Shown: positions 18,657-29,688, counted from the stretch's first letter. The stretch: 62,576 nucleotides of DNA from Candidatus Micrarchaeota archaeon (GCA_026414265.1 JAOAJI010000002.1:1-62576), one strand, 5' to 3'. The notes: a model not told the origin generated them from the letters alone. Made by a program: numbers and translations.

Positions 18657-19478
18657 ATGTTAGCGTCAGATATCATATCAAAATTAGAAAGTATCGCTCC
18701 GAGAGAGCATGCATTCGAATTTGAAGTAACAGGATTAATTGCAGGAGACCCTAATAAGGACATAAGTATATTAGGAATTACGTGGGCTGCTACCCGTGAC
18801 GCAATGATATATTTCGGTTACTTACAAGAATCTAATGCAGTGAAAAAAGAGAACATACCTGAAATGCTCATTTTACATGAGCATCCTTTTTTTGAAGAGA
18901 CTTCGGAATATTTCACTTCTTTACCGTTTTTCTCAAAGCCGCCTAATATTGGAAGAATCAAGACAATAATTGCTACAGACATTTGTACTTATGTCATGGG
19001 TTCAAATTTTGATGACGCAGACGGAGGTACAGCTGACATAATAGCTAGGGCATTTGCCATGTCTGTAGATGCAAAGATAAAGTGTGGAAGGATAGGGAAT
19101 GTAGAGCCATTATCATTTACTCAATTAGTTCATAATTGTAAGAACATATTGGGTCTTGATGTAGTTAGGTATGTCACGGGTCAAGCTTCTGTTAGTGATA
19201 AAATTTCGAGAATAGGCGTTTTCATCGGCTATGGACTAAAGAGCATTGACGTGATTGAGCAGATGTATCTTAATGGGGCGGAGGTTATTATCTCTAGTGG
19301 ATTAAACCAAAAAAGTGCCACTTACATAAGCGAGTTAGGAATTAGAGCAATCGATGTTGATAAGAAAAAATTAGAGAGTCCTGCTATGAAGTTTTTGGCA
19401 AAGTGGTTTGAAACTAATTTCAAAGATAGATTAATTGTTCAATCATACGATCCTGAAGACATAATCTTTTATATGTAG
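18657..19478 (+). CDS. NIF3-family (dinuclear metal centre) protein
   Basis: N-terminal IISKLESIAPREHAFEFEVTGLIAGD...ILGIT and MLILHEHPFF fit the NIF3/YbgI pattern. Confidence 0.6.
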   Translation: MLASDIISKLESIAPREHAFEFEVTGLIAGDPNKDISILGITWAATRDAMIYFGYLQESNAVKKENIPEMLILHEHPFFEETSEYFTSLPFFSKPPNIGRIKTIIATDICTYVMGSNFDDADGGTADIIARAFAMSVDAKIKCGRIGNVEPLSFTQLVHNCKNILGLDVVRYVTGQASVSDKISRIGVFIGYGLKSIDVIEQMYLNGAEVIISSGLNQKSATYISELGIRAIDVDKKKLESPAMKFLAKWFETNFKDRLIVQSYDPEDIIFYM

Positions 19479-19524
19479 ACGTAGAAAAAATAACGGATAT
19501 TTGTTATAGTCTAGGTGGTCTGTT

Positions 19525-21132
19525 TTGAACTTTGACGAAGCATTGATGAAGTATCCTCATTTAAGAGCATATGTCGATAAAATAGTTGAAACAACAGGTA
19601 GACCACCTCAATATTATGAGAAACCGACTAGAGACTTAGGTCATTTAAAAGAAGTTAATCTAATTTATCCTACCCGTTTGCCTTTATTTGTTCACATCTA
19701 TATCAAAGGTAAGACTAGAGAGTATAATGTAATTGAATATGTTTTAACCGAAGAAGAAAAGAAAAAATACGATGAACTAATATCGATATTGCTTGAGTTA
19801 GCTCCAAAACTAAAAATCCCTGAAAATGATGATGAGTTTGCACAAGTGATTGTCAAACTAATAGATGAATATACTATTAATAGGCCTCAAACAATGCCTG
19901 AAAAACTTCAACAAAGAAAGGTTTATGTTGAACCAGAAACAGTTGAAAAGTTTAAGTATTTTGCTATCAGGAATTTAGTTAAAAACGGTTTGTTGGAGCC
20001 TTTACTTAGTGACGAATGGATAGAAGATATACACAGTTTTACTGTAGGAAACATCTATGTAGTTAACAAGATATTTGGCATGCTTAAGACAAATGTAACT
20101 TACAAAGATGAGCGTGAACTAGTTGTTTACATAAAGAATATGAGTGAGAGAATTGGAAAGCCAGTTAGTGTTTCTAGGCCTATAGTCGATGGCGTTCTAT
20201 TAGACGGTTCAAGAATTAACATAGTTTTTGCTGATGATGTTTCAATTAGAGGCCCTAGTTTTACAATCAGAAGATTTGCAGATAAGCCACCTTCATGTAC
20301 ACAACTCATAGCGTGGAATACTTATAGTGCATTGGAAATGGCTTACATGTGGTTGGCATTAGAAAACGGGATGAACGTATTCGTTTCTGGAGAAACTGCA
20401 TCAGGAAAAACAACAGCATTGAATGCAATGCTTGCGTTTATTTTGCCTACTCAGAAGGTATTGAGTGCAGAAGACACTCCTGAGGTACAGCCGCCTCAGG
20501 AAGTGTGGCAGAGGTTGGTTTCTAGAGAGGTAGGCCCAGAAGAATCAAGAGTCACTATGTTTGATATATTGAAAGTTGCTCTGAGATCAAGACCTAATTA
20601 TATACTTGTGGGAGAGATTAGAGGTAAAGAGGCAGCAACAGCCTTTGGTGCGATGCAGACAGGCCACAGTGTAATGTCTACGTTTCACGCTTCATCTGTT
20701 GGTAAGTTGATACAAAGGTTAACAGGAGACCCTATTAACGTTCCTGTGAGATTTGTTGATAACCTAAACATAGCAGTAATATTGCAAGCAGTTTACTACA
20801 GAGGCAAATTCTTAAGAAGATGCACTGCAATAGAGGAAATTCAAGGATATTCTAAAGAAATCGATGGAGTTATTACTAGAAGAGTTTTTGAATGGAATCC
20901 TATGGACGATTCCCACACTTTTTTGGGCAGAAATAACAGCTTTATTCTGGAAGACAAAATAGCTGAGAGGCAAGGATTGACAGATAAAAGGTTGATTTAC
21001 AACGAGCTTGATTTGAGAGCAAGGATTTTGCAAAAAATGGTTGATCTGAAGATTTTTGATTATAAAGAGGTCAAAGAAATAATATGGGGCTACTATGCTA
21101 ACGGAGTAGATTCTCTACCATTCAGGATTTAA
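19525..21132 (+). CDS. type II/IV secretion system ATPase (ArlI/FlaI / PilB-like)
   Basis: Walker A VSGETASGKTTALNAML, Walker B/Asp box YILVGEIRGKEA and His box GHSVMSTFHA. TTG start with an AGGTGG SD. Confidence 0.85.
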   Translation: MNFDEALMKYPHLRAYVDKIVETTGRPPQYYEKPTRDLGHLKEVNLIYPTRLPLFVHIYIKGKTREYNVIEYVLTEEEKKKYDELISILLELAPKLKIPENDDEFAQVIVKLIDEYTINRPQTMPEKLQQRKVYVEPETVEKFKYFAIRNLVKNGLLEPLLSDEWIEDIHSFTVGNIYVVNKIFGMLKTNVTYKDERELVVYIKNMSERIGKPVSVSRPIVDGVLLDGSRINIVFADDVSIRGPSFTIRRFADKPPSCTQLIAWNTYSALEMAYMWLALENGMNVFVSGETASGKTTALNAMLAFILPTQKVLSAEDTPEVQPPQEVWQRLVSREVGPEESRVTMFDILKVALRSRPNYILVGEIRGKEAATAFGAMQTGHSVMSTFHASSVGKLIQRLTGDPINVPVRFVDNLNIAVILQAVYYRGKFLRRCTAIEEIQGYSKEIDGVITRRVFEWNPMDDSHTFLGRNNSFILEDKIAERQGLTDKRLIYNELDLRARILQKMVDLKIFDYKEVKEIIWGYYANGVDSLPFRI

Positions 21133-21157
21133 AACAGAACAAAAAGGTAAGAAAAAG

Positions 21158-22834
21158 ATGGACTGGGAGATTTATTTAAAGCCTTTGGACGTAACCCCGA
21201 TGCAATTTCTGATTAAGTACGTCATACCTTTGTCTCTAGGGGCATTTGTAGTTGGGCTTATTGTTTCAGGGATGCTTTTTTTTCTAATCCCTGATGTCGA
21301 TTTATTTTTACTATTTATCATCCCAATAATGGTTTCTTTAATGGGGTTAATAGTAGCTATTGCTTATCCTAAAATAGTTGCTTCTCAGCAAAAATCAGAC
21401 ATAGAAAATTACATCCATTTTTTTGTTACCAGGATAGGTACTTTAGCTACTGCAGGCATACCTCCTGCACAATTGTTTAAGATAATGTCAACCAAGAAAG
21501 AGTACAAAACAATAGCAGACAAGTGTAAGTCTATATACATGAGGTTTGCTGTTTGGCATATACCTTTGGGGAATTCCTTCAAGATAGAAGCTAGATATTC
21601 TCCATCTGAAATTTTTGCAGATTTTTTAGAAAGGTTTGCTTCTGCATTAGAAGCAGGTACTTCTACAGAAGAATTTTTAAGGGTTGAACAAAAAAATGTC
21701 ATGGCAGACTACGTAGTTAATTATAAAAACGCTCTTTACCAAGTAGACGTTGTTAAAGAAATGTTCATTTCCATAGTTATTGGTTTAGTTTTTTTGATGG
21801 CTTTTGCAATACTAATACCATACCTCACATGTATGGAACCTGAGATATTAATAGCCGGTGCAGTGTTCTTCTTTGTTGTTGTTGAATTGTTATTAGCTTA
21901 TTATTTAAAAGCCATTATTCCAAAGGACGAATTGATATATGAGAAACGATTAGACATAGAAAATAAAAATTTGATATTCCCGTATTTTGCTTATGCTTTT
22001 GTGATATCTATATTTTTGCCAATAATTATATTTTTCTTTTTTAAGATGATCCCAGTGCCTTTGGTTGCAGCCATTGCTGTTACGCCATTCATATACCCTG
22101 CTAATTACATCAATAAAATTGAGAAAAATATAAAAAGAGGCGATCTGTTCTTTTCTGAGTTCATTATTGCGTTTGGTCATACGATACATGCTAGAGGAGG
22201 AGCGATCAAAAGTTCCCTAAAGACAATGACTTTTCATGATTTCGGCCCATTGACAGAGCCAGTAAGAAATGTTTTTGAAAGGATGAAATTAAGATCTGAT
22301 AATGAAAGACCTTGGCATATGTTTTATATTGAAACAGGTTCAAGATTAATAGCCAATTTCATGGAAGTATTTACTGAGACTCTTACACTTGGTGGAAAGC
22401 CAAAAGAAACCTGTGAACTCATAAATGAGAATTTTCTTAGAATGATGGAAGTAAGAAAATTAAGATACAATACTTCAGGAACCTTTAGGGGTATTTTGTA
22501 TGGGTTACATGCAGGTATAGTTTTTACTGCATATGCCTCTGCAGAAGTAGTATTAAAGTTAGGTAATATGTTTTCTGCTTTCAGTTTTGATATGGGCACT
22601 CAGTCTTCTTTAGCGTCTATAATTTGTATTCCAACTGTTGAATCCATGAAGTTTTCTAATACTGCTTTGGTTGTCATGATGCTAATGAATGCACTTGTTT
22701 TTAGCATATCTTTGAAAATAGTAGATGGCGGTCACTTTGTTTCAGGATTAAGCGACTTTGTTTTAATGATGTGGATAGGCGCAATAACAGCGATTGTGAC
22801 AGGAATAGGCATAAGTATGTTGGTTGGTGTCTAA
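21158..22834 (+). CDS. FlaJ/ArlJ/TadC-like polytopic membrane platform protein
   Basis: 558 aa. Two cytoplasmic F-type helical domains alternate with TM blocks. Lies immediately downstream of the ATPase. Confidence 0.6.
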   Translation: MDWEIYLKPLDVTPMQFLIKYVIPLSLGAFVVGLIVSGMLFFLIPDVDLFLLFIIPIMVSLMGLIVAIAYPKIVASQQKSDIENYIHFFVTRIGTLATAGIPPAQLFKIMSTKKEYKTIADKCKSIYMRFAVWHIPLGNSFKIEARYSPSEIFADFLERFASALEAGTSTEEFLRVEQKNVMADYVVNYKNALYQVDVVKEMFISIVIGLVFLMAFAILIPYLTCMEPEILIAGAVFFFVVVELLLAYYLKAIIPKDELIYEKRLDIENKNLIFPYFAYAFVISIFLPIIIFFFFKMIPVPLVAAIAVTPFIYPANYINKIEKNIKRGDLFFSEFIIAFGHTIHARGGAIKSSLKTMTFHDFGPLTEPVRNVFERMKLRSDNERPWHMFYIETGSRLIANFMEVFTETLTLGGKPKETCELINENFLRMMEVRKLRYNTSGTFRGILYGLHAGIVFTAYASAEVVLKLGNMFSAFSFDMGTQSSLASIICIPTVESMKFSNTALVVMMLMNALVFSISLKIVDGGHFVSGLSDFVLMMWIGAITAIVTGIGISMLVGV

Positions 22835-22898
22835 ACAACTGATTAATAGTTTATTAATAGAGAAAGAATGTTATGATGACAAAGATGTTGTTGTATAC

Positions 22899-23081
22899 TC
22901 ATTTTCCTTTAACCAAGTAGAATGCAATAATCAGACTGAGAATGGCTAACAAAAGGCTTCCTAAGTCTATTCCAAAGACATTTATGCCTAATTTTATTGC
23001 AAAAGGAATGTTCATTATATCTAACAGATTGCCTACTCCATATGCGAAGAAAATTCCAGCTAAAAAACTCTTAAATTCCAT
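22899..23081 (-). CDS. small membrane protein (2 TM), unknown
   Basis: 60-aa hydrophobic ORF in an otherwise empty gap. No homology is recognisable. Confidence 0.3.
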   Translation of the reverse strand: MEFKSFLAGIFFAYGVGNLLDIMNIPFAIKLGINVFGIDLGSLLLAILSLIIAFYLVKGK

Positions 23082-23159
23082 GATAACATAATATCATCAA
23101 AATTTATAAAAGGTGCGTAACTTGAATGAATAAAAACAAGTTACTCTTAAGATTACCAT

Positions 23160-24128
23160 ATGACTAAAAAAAGTTACCGATGTCCAACTAAACTAATATT
23201 AATAGGTGAGCATTTTGCTGTCTATGGCAAAAAGGCAATTGCAATGCCTGTTAAGCCATACAACTATTTGACGATAGATGATTTTTACGAGTTGAAGATA
23301 GTTATTAATAATCAACAAATTACTTTGGACCATAAAGCATATTATTTTTTACCAGTAATCAATCACATTAAAAACAAAACAGGAGGAGAAGTAAAAAAAT
23401 TTTTTAACTTTCTGATGAATGGTTTCAAAGGTATGGGTAATAGCGCTAGTTTATCTGCATTGTTCTCATATGCAACTTTAAAGGAATACGAAATTTTTGA
23501 AGAAAAAGAATTCAAAAATCTAGCTTTTGAGTGCGAAAACCTAGCTCACGGTAAAAAAGCTTCAGGTATAGATTTGCAAACAGTATTAAGCCAGAAACCT
23601 ATAATTTATCAGAAGCTTCATAACAAAAAATTATTTGAAGAAGTAGACATATCATTACCTTCTGATTTTTCCTTACTTGCTATTTCAACATTGAATGTTA
23701 ATGAAAAGACTGACAGTACTTCAAAGATGATAAAAAAATTTTCTGACGCCTATGGTGCAGTTATAAATTCAATTTGTGATGATTATCAAAACTTGTTTGA
23801 TGAGTTTATAAGTGCATTAGAGGATAAAGATATCTATTCTATGGCTAATATCATGAACAAAGTACACGAGCTACTCAAACCTGTTACAACAAAAAAAATC
23901 GAATTTATTAGAAATGATTTATTAGCTTTAGGTGCTTTAGGCGTAAAGATTTCTGGTGCGGGTGGTACAGGCTCTGTAATCATATGTTTAACAGAAAACA
24001 ACTCTCTCAATCGAATTGTTGATTACTTAAAATCAAAAAAACTAAGATTTATGAATGTGGAAATATTAAACAGCAACAAAGGCGTTGAACAGATTAATGA
24101 AATATATTTTGAAAATGAAATTAGATAA
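23160..24128 (+). CDS. mvk: mevalonate kinase (GHMP family)
   Basis: KLILIGEHFAVYGKKAIAMPV (motif I), GMGNSASLSALFS (motif II, GHMP ATP loop) and KISGAGGTGSVI (motif III). Confidence 0.8.
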   Translation: MTKKSYRCPTKLILIGEHFAVYGKKAIAMPVKPYNYLTIDDFYELKIVINNQQITLDHKAYYFLPVINHIKNKTGGEVKKFFNFLMNGFKGMGNSASLSALFSYATLKEYEIFEEKEFKNLAFECENLAHGKKASGIDLQTVLSQKPIIYQKLHNKKLFEEVDISLPSDFSLLAISTLNVNEKTDSTSKMIKKFSDAYGAVINSICDDYQNLFDEFISALEDKDIYSMANIMNKVHELLKPVTTKKIEFIRNDLLALGALGVKISGAGGTGSVIICLTENNSLNRIVDYLKSKKLRFMNVEILNSNKGVEQINEIYFENEIR

Positions 24129-24141
24129 AAGTCACAACAAG

Positions 24142-24771
24142 TTATTTGTATCTTCCAAGAGAACTAATTTTTTTATAAGCATTGTAAACAATTTGGTTAT
24201 ATTTTTTATAGGTACTAAGAAATACATCTATGAGTTTCTGGCTCACATCGGCTTTAGCAAAAGTTAATAAATCATAAGCCAATTCTTCATTCCTTGCGTC
24301 TGTTTTGCTAAGACCAAAATCAATAACATATAAATTTGAATTTTTTACTATTAAATTTTTAGGGTGGAAATCACCGTGCCATATTCTATGTGTATGTAAT
24401 TTATGGAGAAGCAACCCGGCATCTTGATAAAGTTTAACAGAATTTGTATTGTATAACAGCGAACCTTCTATGTATTCCATGATTATCGTGTTATTATTAA
24501 AGTCATAGAAATAAACTTTAGGAGTTAAAACTTCAAGAGTTTTAAGTTTTATCAAAAGTTTTAGCTCTTTTCTTGTTCTTGACAAAGATAGTTTCTCCCA
24601 TAGTTTATCTTCCATGTATGCTTTTTTTCTTCGAACTTTTGCAATCGCTGTTTGTCTAAGGAATGTACATTTATAAATTCTACTTTCTGAACCTACATAA
24701 ATTAGTTTGTTTAAACCATAAATAGAAGAATTATTATTATCACAGTCCCTAGCCAAATAATTTTGTTCCAA
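24142..24771 (-). CDS. bud32: Kae1-associated Ser/Thr kinase Bud32 (RIO-type)
   Basis: GSESRIYK...AIAKVR, HGDFHPKNLIV and VIDFGLS catalytic motifs. 209 aa. The 5' end overlaps the M50 protease gene by 61 nt. Confidence 0.75.
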   Translation of the reverse strand: MEQNYLARDCDNNNSSIYGLNKLIYVGSESRIYKCTFLRQTAIAKVRRKKAYMEDKLWEKLSLSRTRKELKLLIKLKTLEVLTPKVYFYDFNNNTIIMEYIEGSLLYNTNSVKLYQDAGLLLHKLHTHRIWHGDFHPKNLIVKNSNLYVIDFGLSKTDARNEELAYDLLTFAKADVSQKLIDVFLSTYKKYNQIVYNAYKKISSLGRYK

Positions 24772-25343
24772 GCAAACACCTTTGCACCATCAAGTATTGC
24801 AAAAGGAATCATGTTAAATAAGGCTAACAACAAGTTAATAAACTTCCCATAATCAAAAAAATTTTTTATTAATGAACTATTGATTCCAAGTAAAGCTCCA
24901 ATTATAATATCCATGGAAGAGTAGTATAAAAACAAGAACATTAAAGCTATTATTATGTTAGTTAACGGTCCTGCAATAGATATGATGCCATTATGGTCCT
25001 TTCTTATATTGTGTGCATATATTACTACAGCACCTGGTGCAAGAAAAAGAATACCTATAGGGAATAAAGACATGACAAGCATAGCAATTATTCCTAAAGT
25101 GAATGTCTGAAACTTTGCATAGTGTCCATAGTACATGGCAACGAATTTATGTGCAAGCTCGTGAAAAACGAAACCGATTCCAACTGACAGAGAAATTATT
25201 ACTCCTAAAACAGCAATTTGTCTCAAAGTCAAATCAAAAACACCAAAAATACCATTTACATTAAATAAAATCAGTGAAATCGTGATAGCAACAAAAGATG
25301 TTATCAAATCTTGAATTTCATCAGTGTCAAACAAGTGTTTCAT
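24711..25343 (-). CDS. site-2 protease family (peptidase M50) zinc metalloprotease
   Basis: HELAHKFVA (HExxH) lies within a TM helix. A second motif FNMIPFAILDG is present. The protein is polytopic. Confidence 0.75.
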   Translation of the reverse strand: MKHLFDTDEIQDLITSFVAITISLILFNVNGIFGVFDLTLRQIAVLGVIISLSVGIGFVFHELAHKFVAMYYGHYAKFQTFTLGIIAMLVMSLFPIGILFLAPGAVVIYAHNIRKDHNGIISIAGPLTNIIIALMFLFLYYSSMDIIIGALLGINSSLIKNFFDYGKFINLLLALFNMIPFAILDGAKVFAWNKIIWLGTVIIIILLFMV

Positions 25344-25405
25344 TTAAACTACCGAAATACAGTTTTAGTTAGTTTTGCATAAACAAAATTGCTTCACGGA
25401 TTTTT

Positions 25406-27652
25406 TTATCTGAACATTTCTAGATCTGCGCCTTTAGCAAATTTTTTCATCCTTTCGACTGCATCAGCATCGATACTAGGCCTAATCTTTTTAAGAGCTT
25501 CAATAAAGTGTTGCATCTCTACTTTTAAGTTAGTAGTGTCTAATTCTGCGATTCTTTTTCTATAGTCATCAAGTGTTAATTTGTCTAATGATTCGTTTTC
25601 GTTAATAATCAGCTTAGATCTCAGTGAAATCATGCCTGCTTCTCTAACCAGGTTTTCTAAATCAGCACCAGAAAACCCATTGGTTCTTTTTGCAATTTCT
25701 TCTAGAACGACATCATTAGACAAAGGTACGTTTCTTGTATGAATTTTGAGTATTTCTATACGCGCTTTTTCATCTGGTGGTGGGATTTCAATTATCTTGT
25801 CAAATCTTCCGGGCCTCAATAATGCTGAATCAACAATATCTGGTCTGTTTGTAGCAGCTATTACTACAACTCCTTTCAAATTTCTTATACCGTCCATTTC
25901 TGTTAAAATTGTATCAACGACTCTCTCAGCTACTTTGTTGGTTTCATCAGAGCTTCTGGTTGATGCAATTGCATCTATTTCATCAATAAAGATTATACAA
26001 GGAGATGCATTTCTTGCTTTTCTGAAAAGCTCTCTTATCATTTTTTCGCTTTCACCTACCCATTTACTGAATACTTCAGGGCCGTTTATAGAAATGAAGT
26101 TTGCTTCGCTTTCTCCTGCTATGGCTTTTGCCAACAGAGTTTTACCGTTACCAGGAAGCCCTACTAACAGAATACCTTTCAAAGGCCTTATACCAACTTT
26201 TGAAAAGACGTCCGGTTTTTTCAGAGGCAATTCAACTGCTTCATACAATTCTCTTTTAACGTCCTCTAAGCCTCCGATGTCAGACCATTTAACATTAGGT
26301 CTTTCTAGGAACACTTCTCTTAAAGCAGAGGCTTGAATTCCTTTCATTGCGTTCATGAAATCATCTTTTGTGACTTTCAATGAATTGATAATCTCAGGCG
26401 GAATTTCTTTTTCTAAGTCAAGGTCAGGTAATATTCTTCTAAGAGTCATCATGGCTGCTTCCTTAACTAAAGAATTTAAATCCGCTCCAGTATAACCATG
26501 GGTTATATTTGCTAATTCGTCAAGGTCAACGTCTTCTGCCAAAGGCATGTTTCTGGTATGGATCTGCAAGATTTCTTTTCGTGAATCCCTGTCAGGAATT
26601 CCAATTTCTATTTCTCTGTCAAATCTTCCGGGTCTTCTTAATGCAGGGTCTATACTATTAGGTCTGTTGGTAGCGCCAATTACAACCACTTGTCCTCTGC
26701 TCTTTAACCCGTCCATCAAAGTCAGCAGTTGTGAAACTACTCTTTTTTCTACCTCTCCAGTGACTTCTTCTCTTTTAGGTGCAATAGCGTCTATTTCGTC
26801 CATGAATATAATTGAAGGAGCTTTTTCTTCTGCTTCCTTAAATATGGCTCTTAGTTTTTCTTCGCTTTCTCCAACAAACTTAGATACAAGTTCTGGGCCT
26901 CCTATGTGAATAAAATGCGCTTCACTTTCTGACGCGACTGCTTTAGCCAGTAGAGTTTTTCCTGTACCTGGTGGACCATATATTAGAACCCCTTTAGGCG
27001 GTTCAATCCCAAGCCTTTCAAATAGCTCTGGATGTCTCATTGGCAGTTCTACCATTTCTCTAATCTTTTGAATTGCCTCTTTCAGACCTCCGATATCTTC
27101 ATAGGTAATTGCTGGTACAGTGCCTGCTTCTTTTACCGTTTCTTCTTTTAGCACAATTTCGGTATTTTCTGTGATTATAACTGTGCCTGGAGGATTTACA
27201 TTTACAACAAGTAACTTATACGATTGCGAAAAAGACCCTATGTATACATAATCGCCTCTTACGCAAGGTTTGCCTATCAACTTTTTTCTCAACATGTCCT
27301 GGAACTCGTTAGTGTATTTTATGGTTCCTGCAGTGGGGGCAAACACAATTTTTTTGGCTTCTTTTACATCTAATACCTTCCTTACTGTTATTTTATCTCC
27401 TATTGAAACGCCTGCATTTTGTCTATGGTAACCGTCCATTCTTATTATGCCCAAGCCTTCATCTTGAGGATGTGCTTGCCAAACTATCGCAACAGTACTT
27501 TTTTTACCTTTCAGTTCTACTATATCTCCTATCTGAGCATTTAGTTCTTTTCTGGCTTTTGAATCAATTCTTACCAAACCCCTACCTACATCGTTTTGAA
27601 GAGCTTCAGCTACTTTTAATATTATCTGATTAGTTACTGCCATATCCATCAC
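25406..27652 (-). CDS. cdc48: CDC48/VCP-type AAA+ ATPase
   Basis: N-domain LKVAEA...GRGLVRID. Two AAA modules with [13 protein letters not shown] / IIFMDEID and [13 protein letters not shown] / IIFIDEID. Confidence 0.95.
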   Translation of the reverse strand: MMDMAVTNQIILKVAEALQNDVGRGLVRIDSKARKELNAQIGDIVELKGKKSTVAIVWQAHPQDEGLGIIRMDGYHRQNAGVSIGDKITVRKVLDVKEAKKIVFAPTAGTIKYTNEFQDMLRKKLIGKPCVRGDYVYIGSFSQSYKLLVVNVNPPGTVIITENTEIVLKEETVKEAGTVPAITYEDIGGLKEAIQKIREMVELPMRHPELFERLGIEPPKGVLIYGPPGTGKTLLAKAVASESEAHFIHIGGPELVSKFVGESEEKLRAIFKEAEEKAPSIIFMDEIDAIAPKREEVTGEVEKRVVSQLLTLMDGLKSRGQVVVIGATNRPNSIDPALRRPGRFDREIEIGIPDRDSRKEILQIHTRNMPLAEDVDLDELANITHGYTGADLNSLVKEAAMMTLRRILPDLDLEKEIPPEIINSLKVTKDDFMNAMKGIQASALREVFLERPNVKWSDIGGLEDVKRELYEAVELPLKKPDVFSKVGIRPLKGILLVGLPGNGKTLLAKAIAGESEANFISINGPEVFSKWVGESEKMIRELFRKARNASPCIIFIDEIDAIASTRSSDETNKVAERVVDTILTEMDGIRNLKGVVVIAATNRPDIVDSALLRPGRFDKIIEIPPPDEKARIEILKIHTRNVPLSNDVVLEEIAKRTNGFSGADLENLVREAGMISLRSKLIINENESLDKLTLDDYRKRIAELDTTNLKVEMQHFIEALKKIRPSIDADAVERMKKFAKGADLEMFR

Positions 27653-27671
27653 TTTTGATTAATTATCCAAA

Positions 27672-28220
27672 TTATTTCAACAGTTTAAGTATTGCGTTGC
27701 CAAAATCATGAGCACTTTGTGGTCCATTAGCAGTTACTATCTTATCGTCTACAACTACTCCTTGGTCTACAAATGTTGCCCCCTTACTCTCCAAGTATAA
27801 GTTTGTACTCATTTTAAATTCTGGGTCATAACCAACCCAACAAGTGGCTTTTCTGCCTCTCAACAAACCTGCTTGAGCTAAGATTGTTGGTGCCCAGCAA
27901 ATTGCAGCTACAATTTTATTAGCATCGTAAAATTGCAAAGCCAATTTTTCAGCTATTTGTAGCTTTCTTATGGTTGGTGTACCTGGTCCACCTACAAAAA
28001 TAATCGCGTCATAATCCTTATGGTTAATTTCTTCTAGCGTTTTATCAACGAAAGCTATTTGTCCTAATTTTCCTCTAGCATTACCTAATTTAGTGCTTGC
28101 CGTTATAACTTGAACATTGTTCTGCTCAAAAATCTGTTTTGGAACTAGGTACTCTTCGTCTCTAAACCCTTCAAAAGCTATGACCATGACTACTCTTTTA
28201 GTTTTGTTCACGTTAATCAC
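27672..28220 (-). CDS. DJ-1/PfpI family protein
   Basis: YDAIIFVGGPG and the nucleophile elbow VAAICWAP. 182 aa. Confidence 0.85.
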   Translation of the reverse strand: MINVNKTKRVVMVIAFEGFRDEEYLVPKQIFEQNNVQVITASTKLGNARGKLGQIAFVDKTLEEINHKDYDAIIFVGGPGTPTIRKLQIAEKLALQFYDANKIVAAICWAPTILAQAGLLRGRKATCWVGYDPEFKMSTNLYLESKGATFVDQGVVVDDKIVTANGPQSAHDFGNAILKLLK

Positions 28221-28306
28221 CTTTTTTCAACAGCACACAATAAATTTAAACACAATGAATTTGAATAATTTTGTAATAATTCAAACAAGATATAAACGTA
28301 ACTTAT

Positions 28307-28864
28307 TTAACCATAGAACAAGCTAAAAATTAGGCCAATTAACGAAATTCTAAGGTTATCGTCAATATCTACATTAATTACTTCTGCAATGCTTGCAAAA
28401 ATGACGAAAAAAAGTTCCATAGCTCCAAGCTTATTTATCACAAAAAGAAACAATCCACTAGTAAATATAAATGCTAACTGGCCTTCTAGCGTTTTTTTAT
28501 TGTTTATTGGATTTGAAAATACGCCTTTTTTACCTATTAAGGTAGCAAAGCCGTCTCCAACAGAAAGACACACAACACATACAAGTGCTATTTCAGGTTT
28601 CAAAAAAGAATATGCAAACATAACACTGATCCAAAACCATAATGCTCCTTTTCCTGGCAAAACGTTTTTTCTTTCAAAGTTTTTGTAAATCTCTGAAAAA
28701 ACAGGCAAATAAAATTTCTCGTGTTCTGCTTGAATAGTAATCATACCTAAAATAAGCAGAGGCAAGGCAATAAGTAGAAAAATAGTATGTCCAAATAACG
28801 AAATAAAAAGAATAATTGACATGCCTCCTATTACATGAACAAACTTTCTTCCAGTCTCGTCCAT
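28307..28864 (-). CDS. CTP-dependent polyprenol (dolichol) kinase / cytidylyltransferase-family membrane protein
   Basis: N-terminal GRKFVHVIGG, then VGDGFATLIGKKG...NKKTLEGQLAF and a DDN motif. The protein is polytopic. Confidence 0.5.
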   Translation of the reverse strand: MDETGRKFVHVIGGMSIILFISLFGHTIFLLIALPLLILGMITIQAEHEKFYLPVFSEIYKNFERKNVLPGKGALWFWISVMFAYSFLKPEIALVCVVCLSVGDGFATLIGKKGVFSNPINNKKTLEGQLAFIFTSGLFLFVINKLGAMELFFVIFASIAEVINVDIDDNLRISLIGLIFSLFYG

Positions 28865-29250
28865 TATAACTCCTTTTCTTTAAGCGCTTTAGGAAAAAAT
28901 GCATAAACAATAAAAGGAACTAATGTGCTCTTAATTAAATCATCAATCTTGTAAGTGTAAATTTCAGTTAATATCGCAATAAAAAGATTATCAGCATAAA
29001 TCAAGGCTAAAATTATTATAGATACTACTACAAAATAGTCAAAAGATCTTTTGGTCAATGAGAATATCAAGAAACTGAACATTATTGATCCAAGTGGATC
29101 TATATTTAATATTAAGCAAATAATTATTGATAAAAAAAGTAAAAAAGCATACTTTTTGATGTTATTGGGTTCTTCTGATTTGATTTTTATATTATAAAGT
29201 AGTACTAGCAAATAAGCTGCTAATATGATTATAGATATGCTTATGTCCAT
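28864..29250 (-). CDS. integral membrane protein, unknown
   Basis: 128 aa with 4 TM segments. Its stop overlaps the start of the downstream gene (TAATG type). Confidence 0.4.
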   Translation of the reverse strand: MDISISIIILAAYLLVLLYNIKIKSEEPNNIKKYAFLLFLSIIICLILNIDPLGSIMFSFLIFSLTKRSFDYFVVVSIIILALIYADNLFIAILTEIYTYKIDDLIKSTLVPFIVYAFFPKALKEKEL

Positions 29251-29334
29251 ACATATTTTTAATAAAAGTTAATTGTTAAAGATAGTTAGGTTGATTTTTT
29301 ATTTATTAACGTAGCTTATATTCGGAATGGTTAA

Positions 29335-29688
29335 ATGAAGATCCTAGAATTACTCTTTACAGGTATCAACGATATAATTCAAAAAAAACTAAAGGAAAGA
29401 GTCGGTGGAAAAGCAGATTACAAGCTAAAATGCCCTAAATGTAATGCAGATATAGACTTAGCAATGGACAAATGTCCTAAATGTTACACGAAATTAGGTA
29501 AACTGTTTGTCGTTGAATGTAAGGAATGTGGGCATAAGAATCCTGTTGATGCTATAAAATGTGAGAGATGTAAAGCTGATATAGATTACCAATTACAAAG
29601 AAAAACAACGTACGTATGCCCTGTATGTAATTACAGAGCTAACTACTACATGACAAGATGCCCAGCATGTAATACAAAATTTCTTTGA
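29335..29688 (+). CDS. triple zinc-ribbon protein
   Basis: Three CxxC-N(8-12)-CxxC modules: CPKC..CPKC, CKEC..CERC and CPVC..CPAC. Confidence 0.6.
   Translation: MKILELLFTGINDIIQKKLKERVGGKADYKLKCPKCNADIDLAMDKCPKCYTKLGKLFVVECKECGHKNPVDAIKCERCKADIDYQLQRKTTYVCPVCNYRANYYMTRCPACNTKFL

Noticed and set aside
24711-24771. 61-nt overlap between bud32 and the M50 protease gene as a possible programmed frameshift or fusion
   Set aside because: The two reading frames are different, and each protein is complete with its own motifs. The overlap most likely reflects an N-terminal extension or an uncertain start of bud32.
25746-26909. Two plus-strand ORFs (196 and 120 aa) inside cdc48
   Set aside because: They are antisense to the two AAA+ modules of Cdc48. 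The translations are Ser/Leu/Ile/Pro-rich with no motifs. They are mirror-frame artefacts.
28674-28910. 78-aa minus-strand ORF bridging the dolichol-kinase-like gene and the next membrane-protein gene
   Set aside because: It lies out of frame across two better-supported, translationally coupled genes. Its Cys/Tyr/Arg/Phe-rich sequence looks non-biological.
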